Part shown: positions 60,344-64,000 of the stretch, piece by piece
Layout of the letters: every line of letters starts with the position of its first letter
Numbering within the stretch: position 1 is the first letter of the stretch
Assembly: GCF_009914755.1 (NCBI RefSeq)
Contig: NC_060926.1
Direction: 5' to 3' (one strand)
Length of the DNA: 64,000 nucleotides
From: the human T2T-CHM13v2.0 reference genome, Homo sapiens
Made by a program: the position numbers and the translations under genes
The notes under the pieces: generated by a model
What the model was told of the DNA's origin: nothing
The model's input: the letters and a program-made list of their open reading frames with translations, nothing else
Database searches by the model: none

Positions 60344-60457
60344 CTCATTACTGGTCCACCCAAAGCTGTCAGTGAGGTCTGCTGTGGATGCAGCTTCCTG
60401 GTCTAAGAGCAGAAGCTGAGCAAACAAGCGCTGTAACTGTAAAGGGATGATTCGAAC
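60344..60457 (-). CDS. USP40: USP40 coding exon (in-window exon 1): VRIIPLQLQRLFAQLLLLDQEAASTADLTDSFGWTSNE
   Basis: 114 nt, cag|GTT...GAG|gta, phase 0-0; USP7/USP47-like LQRLF...LTDSFGW motif. Confidence 0.95.
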
Positions 60458-61676
60458 CTGAATGAGAAACAAACACATTTCTAAATGAATTCTTTAAGTG
60501 TTGACTAAGGCTTTTGAAAACAACTGCATACTAGCTTTTTTATATCTCCCAGTTCATTCAGGAGAAAGTTTATAAATATCCTATTATAAGGGAAAAACTA
60601 ATTATGATTCAGTTCTTCTGTGAAAATTATAATGCAATCTAAAAAATAATAGTTATTTGGAGTTTTCTACCTTGATATGGTTCAGACAAACATTAAAACT
60701 CAAATAGGCCTTAATAAACCACTCAACTGATTACAGATTGACAGTAGTTTGAATCTCTTCTAATAGTCCATTATTTCTCTAAAATACCTCTGATACACAC
60801 AATTTCCCCTCTGTAGAAATTTTCCAGGCACAATACTGTATCTCGCTCTGGAGTTCTCAGCACACCCTGCCTCACTTTCTCCTGGCTCCAAGTGAGTTCC
60901 TGCCTTACTTGATGTGGTGAGGGCTGGGGCAGACTGAGCAATGTTGCTCAGAGTCTGGTCTGTAGGCTAGACTTTAAGTATTTAAAGGAGAATAAGCATT
61001 TAGAAATTGTAATGGCAATTTGACATTCCCATGGCATTTTTATTATATACTAGAAAAGTGCTAATCTGCAACAGATTGGGAATAAAAAGAAATACACAAA
61101 AACAGGTCCTTTGCCACACAGGTAGCCTGAGAAGTACTGGGCTAGATCATGAAAGACTCCTAAGAAGTACAAATTTGAGCCTGAACATGGTAAGAAACTT
61201 TTGAGTTATGTTTAAGCAGGGAGGAACATGATTAGATATGCACTTTAAATATCACCACAATAACAAACAAAATAATTAACTCATTACTCAATTTATTTCC
61301 AGAGTACCAAATTGAAAGAATACTAGCCTCTATTTTTTTTTGTGTGGGGTGGAGAGGTCGGTATTGTTGCAAAAAAAGTGCTTTAAATAGACTTCTGGGG
61401 GAAGCTAATGTGGATGTTCTGCAAATATTTCCTTCACCAGAAGAAAGAATAAGCATAGTAAAGAGTGTTACATGTTTATAAAGCAGTAGCAGTATTGTAC
61501 TTGGAAAACTGATTCTTTCTCGGAAGGCAAATTCCATTACCCATAGGGTACAGGCCAAGTCACTTTCTGGAAATAAAGAGCATATTTGATAATTAATAAA
61601 ATTATTGCTTTGTGAACAAGCCACTTAATTCCTTCTTTAAAAAAAATTTTCTGAATACGCTAAAACACCCCAGTAA

Positions 61677-63263
<1,587 letters not shown>

Positions 63264-64000
63264 AATACCTTTGCATCGGGTTTATCCTTATCTTCAAACA
63301 AACCAAGCTCTTCTGGGCCAAGAGAAAATAGAGCTTCTAAAGAAAAAGGTAGAATCAGAGATGCAAATGACATCATTTCATTTTAAAAAATTGTTTTAGA
63401 AAGCCAAGACCACCTTTAAGTAAAATCAAGTAGATTCAGAAATATGATTGTGGCAATATTTATACCTTACTCTATACACTTTACTTTCTTGTAACATTTT
63501 TAACCAGTGACTCTAAGAAAATAGTGTCATGCTAAGGCTTCAGCATTTCCTAATTCTAGGAAAGGAAAATAATCTTTATGCATAAAACTAAAAACAGTAA
63601 CATCAGAAATCTTTCATGGCTTCCCACTGTCTATGGCATCAGGTCCCAAAAGCCCAAGAATCTCAGGAAATACAGTAGTGTTGCAGTTTTCCTGCCACAT
63701 GTAAGGCTAACAAACATCCTTTCGTGGGAAGGATCCTCTTTTACTCTGAGATGCCCTTTTTTTTGGTGTGAAAATGTCTTTTCCGTGTTGAAGGTAATAA
63801 CAGATGGCAGTGGTCTTATCTGGAAAAAGAAGTTGGCAACCCCATGCGAGTCTCCAGAATTTCTTTATCACCCAACATCTAGGTGATGTGCCACCCAATG
63901 GGGCATACCTGAATCTTTTGAGAAGTCTGTATCCGAGCCTAGGTAGGAACTCTTACTGGGAAACTCTGATATACTCTAGGGATACAAGGAATGGGATAAA

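Overview
Human-type (primate) genomic DNA lying inside the USP40 deubiquitinase gene, which is transcribed on the minus strand. Nineteen internal coding exons (2383 nt, all GT-AG, phases consistent) run from 60457 down to 397; the start exons with the catalytic Cys box and the 3' exons are outside the window. Introns are packed with Alu, L1, L2, MIR, LTR (MER51, MER21, MLT1, MST) and DNA-transposon fossils, plus a decayed processed PPFIA1 (liprin-alpha1) pseudogene on the plus strand. Most notable structures: (1) a 51/52-nt non-repeat inverted repeat whose arms cover the branch-point regions of two consecutive 3' splice sites and enclose a 54-nt in-frame exon; (2) a decayed, Alu-interrupted tandem duplicate of an 87-nt exon; (3) a young L1 with a perfect 67-bp target-site duplication; (4) a candidate cryptic terminal exon encoding a hydrophobic tail, next to a duplicated intronic element carrying AATAAA; (5) a LOTUS/OST-HTH-like insertion in the USP catalytic domain; (6) a clean 25-codon gap in the PPFIA1 retrocopy suggesting an exon-skipped source mRNA. 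Gene and repeat-family names come from recalled sequences, not from searches; repeat boundaries are approximate unless TSDs or TIRs are quoted.
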